NCBI RefSeq assembly: GCF_018977255.1
Contig: NW_024704742.1
Location: 34,226,001 to 34,290,000, forward strand
From: Callorhinchus milii
Taxonomy: Eukaryota
DNA: 64,000 bases
Direction: 5' to 3'
The notes beneath the pieces were generated by a model. It did no database searches and was not told where the DNA came from. It was given only the letters and a program-made list of their open reading frames with translations. This document shows, in pieces, positions 1 to 12,530 of this stretch. The position numbers and the translations under genes are program-made. Each line of letters begins with the position of its first letter. Positions within the stretch are counted from its first letter, which is position 1.

Positions 1-111
1 GTAGTTCTCTAAAGAACCGACAGAAAAATGTCTTCAAAATTAATAATTTGCCAAATCCTGAAGACTTGGAAATAATGTAAGCCTAGACTCAGGGGAAAAA
101 TTTCTATTTAC

Positions 112-493
112 CGGGCCTTTCGGGAATGACCTGCAGGACACCTAAGTTATAGAGGCACGACCTTTTTAACAATTCTTCTTTAAGCTGTTTGGCATGTCTT
201 TGCAAACTCTTGGCACTTTTTGGAAATACTCTCTGTAAAAACACAGCACACCACATTTTTTCTAATTCCCACTTACCATTGGGAGGAATTTCAGCTATCC
301 GGATTTGAAACTCAAGAGATTCACAAGTTCCCATTGATGTGCCCTCTCCAATAATTATGGGCAGACAACTTCTGGAGAATCTGGCAAGCAGGTCAGCTGT
401 GCGTGGGGACACAAGTCTGGAAAGGGTTACTGGGGCTGCACTTTTACTTTCCTTCCATTTGGAGGAGGAGGTTATTGTCCTTTCAATTTTTAA
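112..493 (-). CDS. Candidate coding exon, unidentified product
   Basis: Non-repetitive frame open from 493 to stop at 106-104 (LKIERT...VIPERPG); acceptor ccttttcacctttggtag before 493, donor gtaaat after 112. No recognised homology. Confidence 0.25.
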
Positions 494-1154
494 CTACCAA
501 AGGTGAAAAGGCGTATTTTCCAGCTGTTTTTAATTGTTGAACTCTACGGTGGTGTGCTACCCAATGGAAATAGCAGACAAAAGTTTTTTTTTAATTTAAC
601 TTCTAAAAAAAGAATCCCTTTAGCCTATATCATCTAAGCCATCACAACATAAACATCACTTCACCATGTAAAAATGTAATGCAGTAAAGCCTTTTTAAAA
701 ACACTCTCAGCAGGGAAGCAGCTTTAGATCTGACAATACTCTGAAAATTTCACACCGCAGTCTTAAGCATGGAAAAGTATTCACAGTGAGTAACCGGATC
801 TGTGTATTGTCAGGCACGTGGTCATAAAAGTAAATAAAAATTTACCCGCAATGGTCAAGGTATTTGATATCTGATATTAATAGACTGTAATAAGAGAGTT
901 GTTTCCTTTTGCCTTTTGTATGACCTGTAAACGAGAGGACACAATCCGTCCTTCTCATTAGGATATCACACCTTGAGACTCAATTGCTGTAATTTTCCCT
1001 TAGGATTAGTAAGGCTTACAGGCTTATTTCGATATTCACAAAAGCATAAGAAAGTTTGTGCCTAGTATTGTGCACCAATCTCCTTTCCCGAATGTCATTT
1101 CTCTTGTAGTTGGAAATAGCTGTCCAACATAAGTGTGAGCACTTGATGAAACAA

Positions 1155-1541
1155 GGTGTTAGTTGGTAGCTCTCCACATTAGGGTTTGGAGTACCTCTGA
1201 GTGAGACAGTTGTGCCTTTAAGCCCCACGTTGGTACTTTGAACTCACATATCAAAGCTGACACTCCAGTGCAGTGCTGGGGGGTGCTGGGTTGTTGGAAG
1301 TGTTGTGTCAGTTGAATGGTGAAACCAAGATCCTATCTGCCTTTTAAGAGAAAATTGAGGATTCCATAGCATTCTTCAAAAAGAGAAAGGTTAACAATTT
1401 CGTAGATAAAACAAATGTGGCCATTTACTTCACGGCTGTTTTTGACAAACTGGCAATGGTATTCACCTATAAAACACACACTAAATCCTGTGAAGTGCTT
1501 TGAAATGCACTTTATCAAAGGCAACATTTATAATTATTATT
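1155..1541 (+). mobile_element. Old Deu-domain SINE (SacSINE1-like)
   Basis: gctgacactccagtgcagtgctg...gattccatagcattcttcaaaaagag Deu-like core; tail gtgaagtgctttg...attattat. Confidence 0.7.
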
Positions 1542-1604
1542 ACAAACAAAACTCTATATATGTCTTCAAAAACAAAGCAAGTAGGTTTTAGGAACTAAAA
1601 TAGA

Positions 1605-2075
1605 ACTAAACACAATACAAATTTACATTTATGTAGTGCCTTTCATGTTGCAAGGACATCTCAAGGGGCGCTGGACAATACATGTTTGCATCCGAGCTGG
1701 GGGTGGGGGTCAAGAGGGTTGGGGGTGAGGATATGAGATCAGGAAAGATGGCGGTCAAAGTGGAAGGTCTTGAGGCAGACATTAAAGAAGGAGAGGGAAG
1801 GGATGAGTTGAATGGACTCTGAGATGGAGTTTCAGAGAGTGGGGGCAGATGTACTGAAAGATCAACCTCCAATGGTGGGGAAGATGGGGCGGGAAACATG
1901 AAACACGCTGAGTGAAGCAAGCCAGCTGAGTGGAAGGAGCAACCAGGTTAGTAGAGTTTGAGGAGGTCTCAATGATGAAGACCATGGAGAAATTTCAAGA
2001 TAAGGACGAGGATCTTGGACTCGATCCCATGGGGAATGGGGGAGGCTCTGGAGCTTGGTGAGGATGGGAGTGATA
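1605..2075 (-). mobile_element. L2 LINE 3' fragment
   Basis: Minus translation SITPILTKLQSLP and IESKILVLILKFLHGL (L2 ORF2 C-terminus); L2 tail at 1620-1675. Confidence 0.8.
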
Positions 2076-3078
2076 GACTTGAGGATCTTATTGTTGACAA
2101 ATGTTGATAAATAATGCATAATAATTTCACTATTATGTTTGAAATTGATTCAACATGCTTTTGATGTTTTCTGTATGACAATAGAGATGAATAGCTTTTA
2201 ACACGGGAGGGGGAAAAAATATAATTGATGATAATTGTTATACCAAATATATCACCTGTAATTATCACATCATATCACACCAATTATTGTATTTCTCCCC
2301 TCCCCCCTCCCTCCTGTCCTGAGCTCTGGTAACAAAATGATATGACAGTTGAAAATATAATAAATTTGTGACTGTTGTATTAATCATGTTACAAGCAGTC
2401 TCTACAATACGGTTGAGCAGGAACTTTCCATCGAAAAAATCTGATATTTCACACTAGATAACAATGTTCTACATTTCAGAATGACCTTCCACGAATTATG
2501 GTGCTTTGTCATGAACTGACAAATATGGGAAGCATCACAAGCAAATAACCTGTGTACAGCATTGAATGTTTAAACTTGCTGTTGTTCGTGATTAATAATT
2601 TATCATTGCTGAAAGCTCCAGCAAGACATACCAGGGCATTCAGGTCTGGGTTGGGTTTTCTGCCAAGATGTCCTGTGTGTTGCTGGGCAGCTTTCACACT
2701 CTGTGCTTTCCCACATGCTGTCAGAACTCAGATCACTCCCCAAAATAAAGACGTAACATTTTAAACTCTGTTGCTATTTTCCTCAGTAAATAAGTACAAT
2801 CTGTTAGGGCCACTAATGTAATGTGTACATTTTTTTTGAATGGGTTTAGATGCAAATTGTTGTTCAAAAAATACCTTTGTAGCTAACCTTTATTATAGAA
2901 GAGGGATATTGTTTGACAGGAATAGCTGCTGTAAGCAGTTTGCCACTCAAATGTTCCTGCATTAGTTGTAACCAATTTTCAGTTGCAGGTTTACTTGTCA
3001 TCCAGATCAAAGCAAGGGTTTAAATGGATCAAAATTATTGTCTGGTAAGAATATAAAGAAAGACCACAAAAGGCCTAG

Positions 3079-3270
3079 GAATCTGAAATAGAAATAGAAA
3101 ATGATGAAAATGCACAACAGGTCGATCAGCATCTGAAAGAGAAAGATAGGTTAACGTTTTGGGTGTCACCCTTCATCGGATGAAAGATCACAGCTGAAAT
3201 GTTAAACTAGCTTTCTCCTTCAAATGCTGATTGACCTACTGTGCATTTCCATCATTTTTTGCGTTTATTC
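3079..3270. mobile_element. Palindromic Penelope-like element with two decayed hammerhead-like cores
   Basis: Inverted arms (aatgcacaacaggtcgatcagcatctgaaagagaaag / ctttctccttcaaatgctgattgacctactgtgcatt); centre reads CCGATGAAGGGTGACACCCAAAACGTT on - and GATGAAAGATCACAGCTGAAATGTT on +. Confidence 0.6.
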
Positions 3271-3383
3271 TCCAGGCAGTGTTATCACACAAAAAGAGAT
3301 CTTTTGGAATATCCAGATGAGTCCAGGTTTCAGCACATTAGCATTCTCTTGTCTCATTTACGATTTTGCAGAAAAAATGGGAT

Positions 3384-3570
3384 AACAATAATAATCTTTG
3401 CATTTGATATAATGCTTTATCATATTGTTGAGATGTCTCAGAGCGCTTCACAGAAATTAATGTATAATGAGGCAAACGCGGCAGTCAATTTGCGCACTAC
3501 AACCTCCCACATACAGAATAATTTTATCTGGAGGATGGCTGGCTAGGCTATGGGGAGAAACTCACTCCTC
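3384..3570 (-). mobile_element. SINE 3' fragment
   Basis: ataataatctttgcatttgatat...gatgtctcagagcgcttcacag...aacgcggcagtcaatttgcgcac, the SINE tail/body seen throughout the window. Confidence 0.7.
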
Positions 3571-5699
3571 TTGTTACATGTAATGCGACAATTGCCACTG
3601 GTGATAATTATCACAAGCACAGGAAATGTTCTTATCCTTAATGTCCTTATTGACGATTTCTGGGTTTGAAGTAACCCCCCACATCCCCCCCCCACACACA
3701 CTTGACTTTAAGACAGTGGTGGTCAACCCATTGCATCCAGAAACAGCCCTCCAAACATTGGCACTAGTCTAGGTAAGTCTGTGTTAAATCAATATTTTGA
3801 TTCCAGTATCTACTGAGTAGCGATACGTATGGTGTGCATAAATCAAGAAATATTCAATCAAGAAACATTTATTTGGTTGGCCGACCAAAAATGTTGGCTA
3901 CCACTGCTTTAAGAAAATCATTTCACTTGCAACATTTCTGATTCAAAATTATAATAATTCTTACATGTGATACAGAGCCTTATCAAAATGTCGAAAGGAT
4001 GTCCCTAAATACTTCACAGGACTATACTGTGAAGTCTTGTGAATTCATATTTGTAGGCAAATAAGGCATCCAATTTGTGTATCGCAATGTCACCCAAACA
4101 ACAACAACTTGCTTTTATATAGTGCTCTTCATGCATGGTATGCATTGAAGTGAATTATTAGTCATTTGTGAAAAAGTCTACAAAAATGATGAGCATGAAG
4201 CATGTTATTGACAATATTCTAGGTCATAAATAGCTAACAACATGACTTTGAATATGTCAATATGTGATAGAGATTAACCAAGACCTCATTTTTGAAAGTG
4301 TTTGTGCAACAATATTTACCTTTTTTTTTGCATGCACAAAATTGCCTCAATTGTAAAGTTTAAATATCGGCAAAATTTGTTACCGACTCGCTTAGCTTAA
4401 CATATGTGCTTATATAGTTATGCTATAAATCTAATAATTATCTGTTGAATGTCTTGTTGGTACCCGTGACATCTACTTGACCCTCTTAGGGCAGGTCGTG
4501 ACCTTTCCCTTTTTGTTAGCAAGCTCAAATGGAGTAGATCTCGTTTGAATGAAACAAAAGCAATTTATTTGGACACCATAAAAAAAGGTTATCAGTCAGT
4601 GGAACCAGGGCCACATGCCATGCTTCAATACAGTACAATATACTACATTGGAAGCAACCTTAACTATACACGTAAAACAGGCCTCTGTGAGTAGGCTCTC
4701 ATCTGCTGAATATCAAGGTGACCTAAATCAATTAGATCAATTACATTACTGGCACATAAACTACACGAGAGCTCAAGATTATAATCCCCCACATTCCCAA
4801 TAGGCCCAAAACAGGGAGCTTCACTGAAACCTAGGCCAACAAACACTGCCTATGTCCCGGTAAGCAGGCCTAGTTTGTCTGAAGTAGAAATGAGCTTGAA
4901 AATAAATCACACAAAAGAAAGATCAAGGGTAACAAAAGCCCATTCAGTCCACTGAAGCTGAGCCATCCACTGCCCCCGTCTTAACCAATGCAGCATTTGG
5001 TTTCCTTTCAAATGTTCTATATGTTTCTTTTGTCTACTAACTCATCTACAGTTAGAGTTGGACTGCTCTCACAAGACTGCCCGGCAGACTGTCAATCAAA
5101 TCCAGACAGGTTCCAAACATCCTTCCCTCTCACAATTGCTGTACCAAAGCTGACCATCATGGTGATGAGAGGGGTGGTAGGGTAAGGTATTATATATCCC
5201 ATTAGTTGCTTTGCGCACCTCACTGCCAAGAACACATATAAATTTGATGCCATCTCCAATAACATTCTCATTAGAAAAGTTATTGCTTCCTTTACCCCAG
5301 GAAGTAATTTACAATAATAATAATCCTTGCATTTGATATAGTGCCCTAACATGTATTCAAGACATCTCAAAGCTCTTCACAGAATATACTGTAAAATGAA
5401 TTGATTATATATTTTGTGAGCAAATGTATCACTCCTTAGATTCTTGTAATGCAGTCTTTTTAAACTCATTATCAGGCCTGTAATTTTATCACAACAGATT
5501 CTTTCGAGAATCTCAATTAAACGTTGTAAAATATCAAAAATGTAATGAGAATTCCTGAACGTTTTGTGGTGACTAAATTACTTTACCTTTATTTTTCTTG
5601 GGACATGGGTCAAAGCTTTTTATTCATTGGAAAACATCCATCCACACACTAGTTGGGTTTAATTTGTATTTTCACACACAGAATAGCTGGAACGTGAAT

Positions 5700-5897
5700 T
5701 ACTTTGCAAAGTAAGGTGAGTTTCAGAGTCCATTGTGGTTTCAAGAGAGAAGTAGATAGATATATAAGATAGAGGCTTTAAGGGATAATGAGGCAAGGTT
5801 AGGGCAGTGGGATCGAATGAATAGCTTGCTCCGAGAGCCAGTGCAGACTCAATGTGTTGAATGGTATCCTGCACGGTAGCTTTCTATGTTTGTATGA
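5700..5897 (+). mobile_element. CR1 LINE 3' end
   Basis: aagagagaagtagatagatat...gagagccagtgcagactcaatgtgttgaatgg...ttctatgtttgtatg, CR1-type 3' UTR. Confidence 0.6.
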
Positions 5898-5954
5898 ATC
5901 TATATCAGAAATATAGAGAGATAGGCTGTGTTTGTTGGTCTAGGTTTCAGTCGA

Positions 5955-7110
5955 GCTACAACTACTGGGCGTGACTGGCGTTGGGTCTCTGCAATCTCCA
6001 CAATAACCGATCACACTGTGTCCCAAGCTTCCTGAGGCTCAAGACCCGGATGACATCCAGATACGTCTCTGATGTCCAAGAGGCCATGTCGGGTGTGGTC
6101 TAGTCTCTAGTAAGTCCACAGTGAACAGGTGACTGTTTGTCCATCCGGTGGACATATCCAAAAAGTGAGTGATGCCTCTCTGCTATGTCATTCCACACAT
6201 TAAACTGTTCTGAGCAGATATTATTTCATTTGTAAGATGGTTGAACCAGCTTATTCTAACGATTCAGTGCTAGCCCCGAATGTGGAACACTTGAGGTATG
6301 TTTGAATCTCTCTTTAGCAGCACACACATCTCCGAGCCAAACAAAAGCACCGACATCAAACAGGCCCTGTAAATACACAAGGACAGACGTCGCTACCTTC
6401 AGACCCTATCAAGCTGATTCATGACTATGCTCACCATACCAATGAGCCTACGGACGTCAGGTCCACAGTCACCCGAGGAGTTGATGTTGAATCTTGGGTA
6501 CATGATTTGACCATCTCACTGGAGAATGCTATGGAAGCAGGTGCTTTTCCATTTCCATTTTCCATTTTCATTTTCCAAGTTGTCCAGAGTGTCCAGCAGC
6601 GATGTTCTGGACAACTTGGTCCATGATGACCAGAGCCCCTTAAGGAGACAGGTGCCTCCTTGAAATGCTCAGGATCGCTGGCCACTTCAGCGGATCATCT
6701 TCAGTGAAAAGAACAGCATTGTCAGCGTAGACAAGGTCAGTAAATGTCCGGTCACCAAAAACAATCCGAAATGGTTGGAGCGCCTGTACGTAACCCAAAT
6801 GATCACCCTGAAAAACAGTGATGATGTGGGAACACTGTCTGACTCCTGACGTAGTTGGAAAAGGGAGGGACACATCAGTTCCCATCTGCATATGTGCCAT
6901 CGTGCTTGTGTACAGGGCCCTGATCACGCGGAAAAAGACATTGGGGACACTGACATCTTTCAACGACCTCCCTAGTATCTCTTGGTCTCTACCGAGTTAA
7001 ACGCCATCTTGATATCAATGTATGCAATGTTCAGCGTTTGTAGGAACTCACGATGGAGCTCGTCACGGAGGACTGCATCCATGGTCCATCCTGGGAGGGA
7101 GGCCAGACAT
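5955..7110 (-). mobile_element. RTE-clade LINE, degenerate reverse transcriptase
   Basis: Minus translations HREFLQTLNIAYIDIKMAFNSV, FPTTSGVRQ, DLVYADNAVLF, SVLLFGSE, FGYVHRMD, with frameshifts and stops. Confidence 0.85.
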
Positions 7111-7321
7111 CTGAGGATGCCTGTGCTTCAGTAACAGGGCCTAGATACAATCAAACAGGACATGAGAGTACAGATAGTAGTCATCAGGCAATAGCTACCA
7201 AACACCACGTGCAGGCCCTTCCCCTTGCAGAGAGACCAGAGGACCCCATCTTTCAACTTGGCTGGGACACGGCCAGCCAATCTGCTTCACTGCAGCCAAA
7301 TTCTGATCGAGCACATCATAG

Positions 7322-7646
7322 ATAATAATAATAATAATAATCCTTGCATTTGATATAGTGCTTTTCACGTCAGGAGGACGTCCCAAAGCGCTTCACAGAA
7401 CACAGTGTAAAGTGAATTGACTGTATATTTGTGGGCGAACGCGGCAGCCAATTGCGCACAGCAATGTCCCACAAATAGTCATGGATTGAAAATGACCAAT
7501 TTATTATTGTTTTGTTTTTTTGGAGGGATTATTATTAGGCTCTGTGTGGAGTGAGGAAACTTGCCCAAGGTTTCGCCCTCTGCCTGGAATTGAACTCAGG
7601 TCTCTCGCTTGCAAAGCGAGTGCTCTAACCACTGAGCTACAGGACT
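7322..7646 (-). mobile_element. Young tRNA-Ala-derived SINE, full length
   Basis: Head with A box TAGCTCAGTGG, stem CTCGC-TTTGCAA-GCGAG (anticodon TGC), B box GAGTTCAATTCC; L2-type tail GGGACGTCCTCCTGACGTGAAAAG and (ATT)n. Confidence 0.9.
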
Positions 7647-8399
7647 AGAGGTCTGAATGTATCTTGTCCATCATGTGCAATCCTCCTGTGCTACTGATGC
7701 TGTATCAGTCAATTTCTTTGAACCGCAAATAATTTTATGGAACAGGTGTAATAGGTTGAATGGCCTCCCCCTCTTTTTATCATTACACATTGTCCGTGTA
7801 TTGTTATTTGCTTAAATAGTGTAAAGTAAATGCTCGAAAGTAAATACTAATCAATCCTGCTTTTAGGTTAGTTTACCACCCAATTTGATCATTCATTTCA
7901 TGGCTGTTTGTGAGACCTTACTGTGCACAAAAATCACAGTTCCACCATAGTATATCAGCGAAGCACTTTCAGACAATCTCCGAGGTGAAAGGCACTGTAC
8001 CAAATGTAAGGATTATTATTATTTTTATTCATATTATAAATATTATTTGATTGCTTAATAGCCCTAAATACTGACATGAGAAACATTCCTTTCTCTTCCC
8101 CATCAGTAGTACTGACATGAACTCTAAATGCACAGGAAGCCATGATATCACAGGGATTCTTAGCAAGCCCAATATAATCCAGCTGTATGCCTTCCCATCA
8201 GTTTGAACATTTTCCAGAACAGTAGCAGCAAAATTCTGATGGGGTACGATCCAATAACAGCAACAGCAAAATAAAAATAACCAATGACAAAGAGATGAAG
8301 TTTCAAGAAGAAAAACTAGCAAACGGTTCATGTTAAACAAGAGTAACAGGGGTAAGTTCACATCTCACACTGATTGGGTAAAGACAGGAGACGTCACTA

Positions 8400-8997
8400 A
8401 ACAACAACAACAAGATTCCATTTATAAAGCGCCTTTCACGTCAGGAGGACGTCCCAAGGCGCTGCACAGTTGGGTCATGACCCGAGCAGGGGGGAAATGG
8501 TCAGGGTGAGGGGAGGGAAGGGAGGGAGCAAGGAGGGGGAAATGGTCAGGGTGAGGGGAGGGAAGGGAGGGAGCGAGGAGGGGGAAATGGTCAGGGTGAG
8601 GGGAGGGAAGGGAGGGAGCGAAGAGGGGGAAGAGAGTCGAGAGGGGAGCTGAAGGCACGGTCAAAGAGAAAGGTTTTGAGACCGGCCTTGAAGGAGGAAA
8701 GGGAGGAAGCAAGGCGAAGGCACTGGGGGATGGAGTTCCAGAGCCTGGGGGCTGAGAGGCTGAAGGCCCGACCACCGATGGTAGGGCGGTTGGGGCGGGG
8801 GACGTGGAGCAGACCGGAGCCAGAGGAACGGAGGGTACGGGCAGGTAGGTAGGGGGATAGTAGGTTGGAGAGGTAGGAGGGAGCAAGGCCGTGAATGGCC
8901 TTGTAGGTGAGGATGAGGATCTTGAAATCAATCCTCTGGGGGATGGGGAGCCAGTGGAGGCGAGCGAGGGTGGGAGTGATGTGGTCCCGAAGCCTGG
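8400..8997 (-). mobile_element. Young L2 LINE 3' fragment
   Basis: CpG-rich; minus frame reads DHITPTLASLHWLPIPQRIDFKILILTYKA; tail GCGCCTTGGGACGTCCTCCTGACGTGAAAGGCGC and (TTG)n. Confidence 0.92.
8490..8630. repeat. 45-bp G-rich tandem repeat (about 3 copies) in the L2 3' UTR
   Basis: Unit GGGGAAATGGTCAGGGTGAGGGGAGGGAAGGGAGGGAGC(G/A)AGGAG. Confidence 0.95.
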
Positions 8998-11961
8998 TGA
9001 CAGTAAAAGGAAATTGTTCAAAATTATTGAGATCAAAGTAACAGTATTTCTAAACACATTCCATTCCTTTACTTAAGCAGTCATTAAAATATTTTTAATA
9101 GTTCTTATCCTGACTTCTTAAGCCAACTTTCTGGGTTGAAAGATTTCTTCCAAGTCTCAGTTGTTTACAAGTGAAGAATAAAATGTTTTCAAACTCATTC
9201 ATGGGATACTTCCCTCACTCTAATTGAGTAAGACCACTATCATTGAATAAACTCTTGAAATAGTCTCTACTTAGCCGAAATCCAACAAGCAGCTCTCAGT
9301 TTTGGGAACTATCATTATCCAGAATTGAGAGTTATTTCAAAACACATTTTAACAATGTTCCTTAAATAAGGGTTGGAGTGTGTTTCCGAATTCTCCAATT
9401 CTAACTCTAATTCTAATTCTAACAAGGAACAGTCAAGATATGAACATGGAACAACCAAGTGACAATCATTGCAAGGATAATTTCTCAGAACTCTGATTTC
9501 AGGAATATTTCAACTAAAGCTTTGGACGAGAAATTCCGGTCAAACATTTGTAGAGTTAAAGATGGAATTTGGCAAGTATAATACTGCAACCCAGCAGAAT
9601 TCCATTGGTCTTTTTATCCAGTGTTGAAAATTTCATGTTATCATATAAAAACCTTAACTGCAGACCAGCATTAGTTTATTCTATGATCTCCATTGTTTTA
9701 GACTGCCTTAGGACCACCACTGATTTACAGCAGTCAAGCACGCTACAGGCTGCTGTAAAACGACCCAAGGTGGTGGATTACACAGGAGCTCCTTTCCAGC
9801 TATTTTTGCTTTCAGCCATGAATTTATTTACCTCAGTCTAAAGTCAGTTTTGTGTGCAGATATTCACCTCTGATCACATTTTCCTCCACACAGAAATCAT
9901 TGTACTCAAATCATCACAGTCCACAGCTTTGCACTGTTGTGCTCTTGAAGGTGTGTTATTGCAAGAATAGATGTGGAATAGGGCTAGTAAAGAGGTATGT
10001 TTTGGACTGATAACATTTGTCGACGAGAGAACACTTTGCTGTAGCGACAACAGTTCACAGTTATTAGAAATTGATAGGGGGATGTTGCTTTTTCATTAAA
10101 CAATGCCGTAAAAAGCCATTTTTAAAAAAAATGCTGCTCAGAGACTAGATCAACTCATTTGCTTCAATAAGAAAACAACTCTTCCAAATACCTGAACCCC
10201 AAACTTCCTAAACTGTATGGTATTACAGTTAGATACTGTTGGGGTCTAAGGAGTAGATGGAGAAGTTTGTTGACATTATGTGACATTACTTGGTGGTAAA
10301 GGACTGTGTTATAGTTCCCTATTTTGCCACGTGTTGGGTTTCTGGAGTGACTTTGAATGTACTCCAGCATGATGGTTGATCAGCATTTGGATTCTATGTA
10401 TGTTAAGATTCCCTCAGTAACCCAATTCACTTTGGCTGATCTAAACATCACCAGCTCTTCTGTGAGATCAATAATGCTTCTAGCTTTGCCTTCCCCTTGA
10501 CTATATCTGTAGAATTTTGCCTTGTGGTTAAAGCAACGTCACTTTCCCCAACTACCACGGGCAGAGGGCCGTGTTCAACAATGACACTCAAAATAGATAA
10601 TCTTCCGTCAAGGTGACAGGAGAACAATAGACTGCAGATGGAATCGATCCAGAAAACAATGAGAAATCCATGGAGTACATCACAGCTTTTTTGCTTGTGG
10701 TTAGGAGAAATACTCACTCTGCTTTAATGATGTACAACCTGAAGACCCTCTCTCCCCTCCCCTGATCTCTTGGCTACCACCCCATCTATTTGAGTTACAA
10801 CCACTTCACAGTTAAACCACTTCATACTCAAGACAGATTTGGACATTGCTTTATGATTCTGGTGGAAAAAGAGGCTGTGCCTACAACCATTTATCAATAT
10901 CTTTTAGAGAAAACTAATTTCAACTTTCAAAGAATTCCTGCAGTTTAGCTGTGATATTAGACTGATGATTGCACGAATGTCATATGCCTATTATTGTTCT
11001 ATTGTTAAAATGTCCATGCTCAGTGTTTATGTTTATATCTATCTCTATTGGTGTAACATCTTCATTTGCATGGAGTGGCAAAGAAATATGAGGGTACAGT
11101 GGTTTCAATGACATTATTTACTGTGATTATGTCTACATTTTTAATATGTCTGTATTACTTTTTGAGTTTTCCTGCCCTTTCCAACAGGAAGAGAGTTGTA
11201 TATGTAAGTTAAATTTATGCATTCAAGGTATATCAACCTGCTAATGTTTTCCTTTTTGTCGTTTTCACAAATGGAAAAGGCCATTATGTTTTGTGATGGC
11301 TCTTCTCCAAGGTGCAATAAACCTTTATTGATCCAATGAAAGTGAATAACTTTTTGGAGTTTCTGATATTGTTTAGAGTTGCTGTGTGGAAGATTGATAA
11401 GGTTGAGAGGGGTAACGGTGATGCAAGATGTAGCAGAAGGAAGTCCAGCCTGAGCTCATGAATTCAGATAGAAAAGCACATGCTCAAGAGCTAAAATAAT
11501 ATGAATTCCTGGGCGGTGTTAATAACTCTGAGCTCCAGCCTTGAGAAACTCCAACTGCTTGCATGGTTGTAGGTGCCATGGCTTTTTTAAACTGCGCTTG
11601 CATACCAGTCTGGGATCGTCTATGTGCTGCAAACAGTGCAAGAGAAAATGCAACTCACCCACGGAATATCTGAGCACTTTCCCGGCACGAACATTAACCT
11701 TAAACTGTCAATAACTAAAACTTTCAACTTTTGTATAGCGGACTTTCAACCCTTACCTTTGTTGCATTTTGACTGCAACATCTAATACAACAACAACAAC
11801 TTGCACGTATATAGTGCCCTCCATGCAGAGTAGCGTCTCAGATCATTTTACCAGGTTTAACATTTACATAATTAAATGTAACATTACAACCAAAATAGGT
11901 AATTAAAACAACAACAAGTTGCATTTATCTACCATCCTTCACACGGGTTAGCATCTCGTGC

Positions 11962-12530
11962 TTTTTTTGGGGGCAGCCGGGTGTCTAACACATGCGGAAA
12001 CCCATCACCATGCTTAAGAGTATCAGAGCTAAGCTGAGATTTCCAAGCATCCCACCTACACATGGAAATCCCAAAGATTGTTGGAAGGGAATGCACACTC
12101 TCTCCCTGGAGGGACACATCCTGCTTACCTAATTCCGGAAAGTATTAGGCGCAGGTAGGCAAGAGCCAAGGCTTGGGTATCCCAGAGTGTGCGTTGGGGT
12201 ATTGCTGAGGTCTAATCAGCTCGCAACGCATAGCTTGTCATTGATATCGCTGTCCAGCAATCCTTCCTGCTGCTTGTCCAGCTAGGACCACCCTGCCCGT
12301 TAAGGTTTTGGCTGCAGGGTTAACAGGAGCTGAATGGGATGACTCCCTGCCCCCAGTGACTGGTCTGCCCTTCCAGGTCCTCCCGACAAGTCAGGCTGGC
12401 TGTGCTGTCAGCAGCAGCGTCCTGGAATACTGCAGACCCATTTGGCTCAGGGACCAGACTACCGAGGCCGTCACAGAGGGCTGGCTCGAGTCCGACATTC
12501 CATTGCCAGGCATGTCACCTTGGTGCCAGT
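11962..12530 (-). mobile_element. 3' end of an unclassified non-LTR retroelement, copy 1
   Basis: Homologous to 45625-46150 with the same left terminus tttttggggg...cagcc (short poly-A on -). Confidence 0.6.

Noticed and set aside
4455..4841. Possible solo LTR (TGTTGG...CCAACA, AATAAA on -)
   Set aside because: No target-site duplication and no second copy in the window.
7575..7646. tRNA-Ala-like sequence (also 15574 and 62310)
   Set aside because: Continues into a SINE body and tail in three copies; it is a SINE head, not a tRNA gene.
8422..9057. 211-aa Pro/Ser-rich ORF (similarly 18246-18749, 32625-33078)
   Set aside because: Alternative frames of GC-rich L2 sequence and its tandem repeat.
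10164..10717. Possible - strand exons (also 38345-38671, 53710-53982, 60328-60660)
   Set aside because: Short, weak splice signals, no recognisable homology or consistent phase chain.
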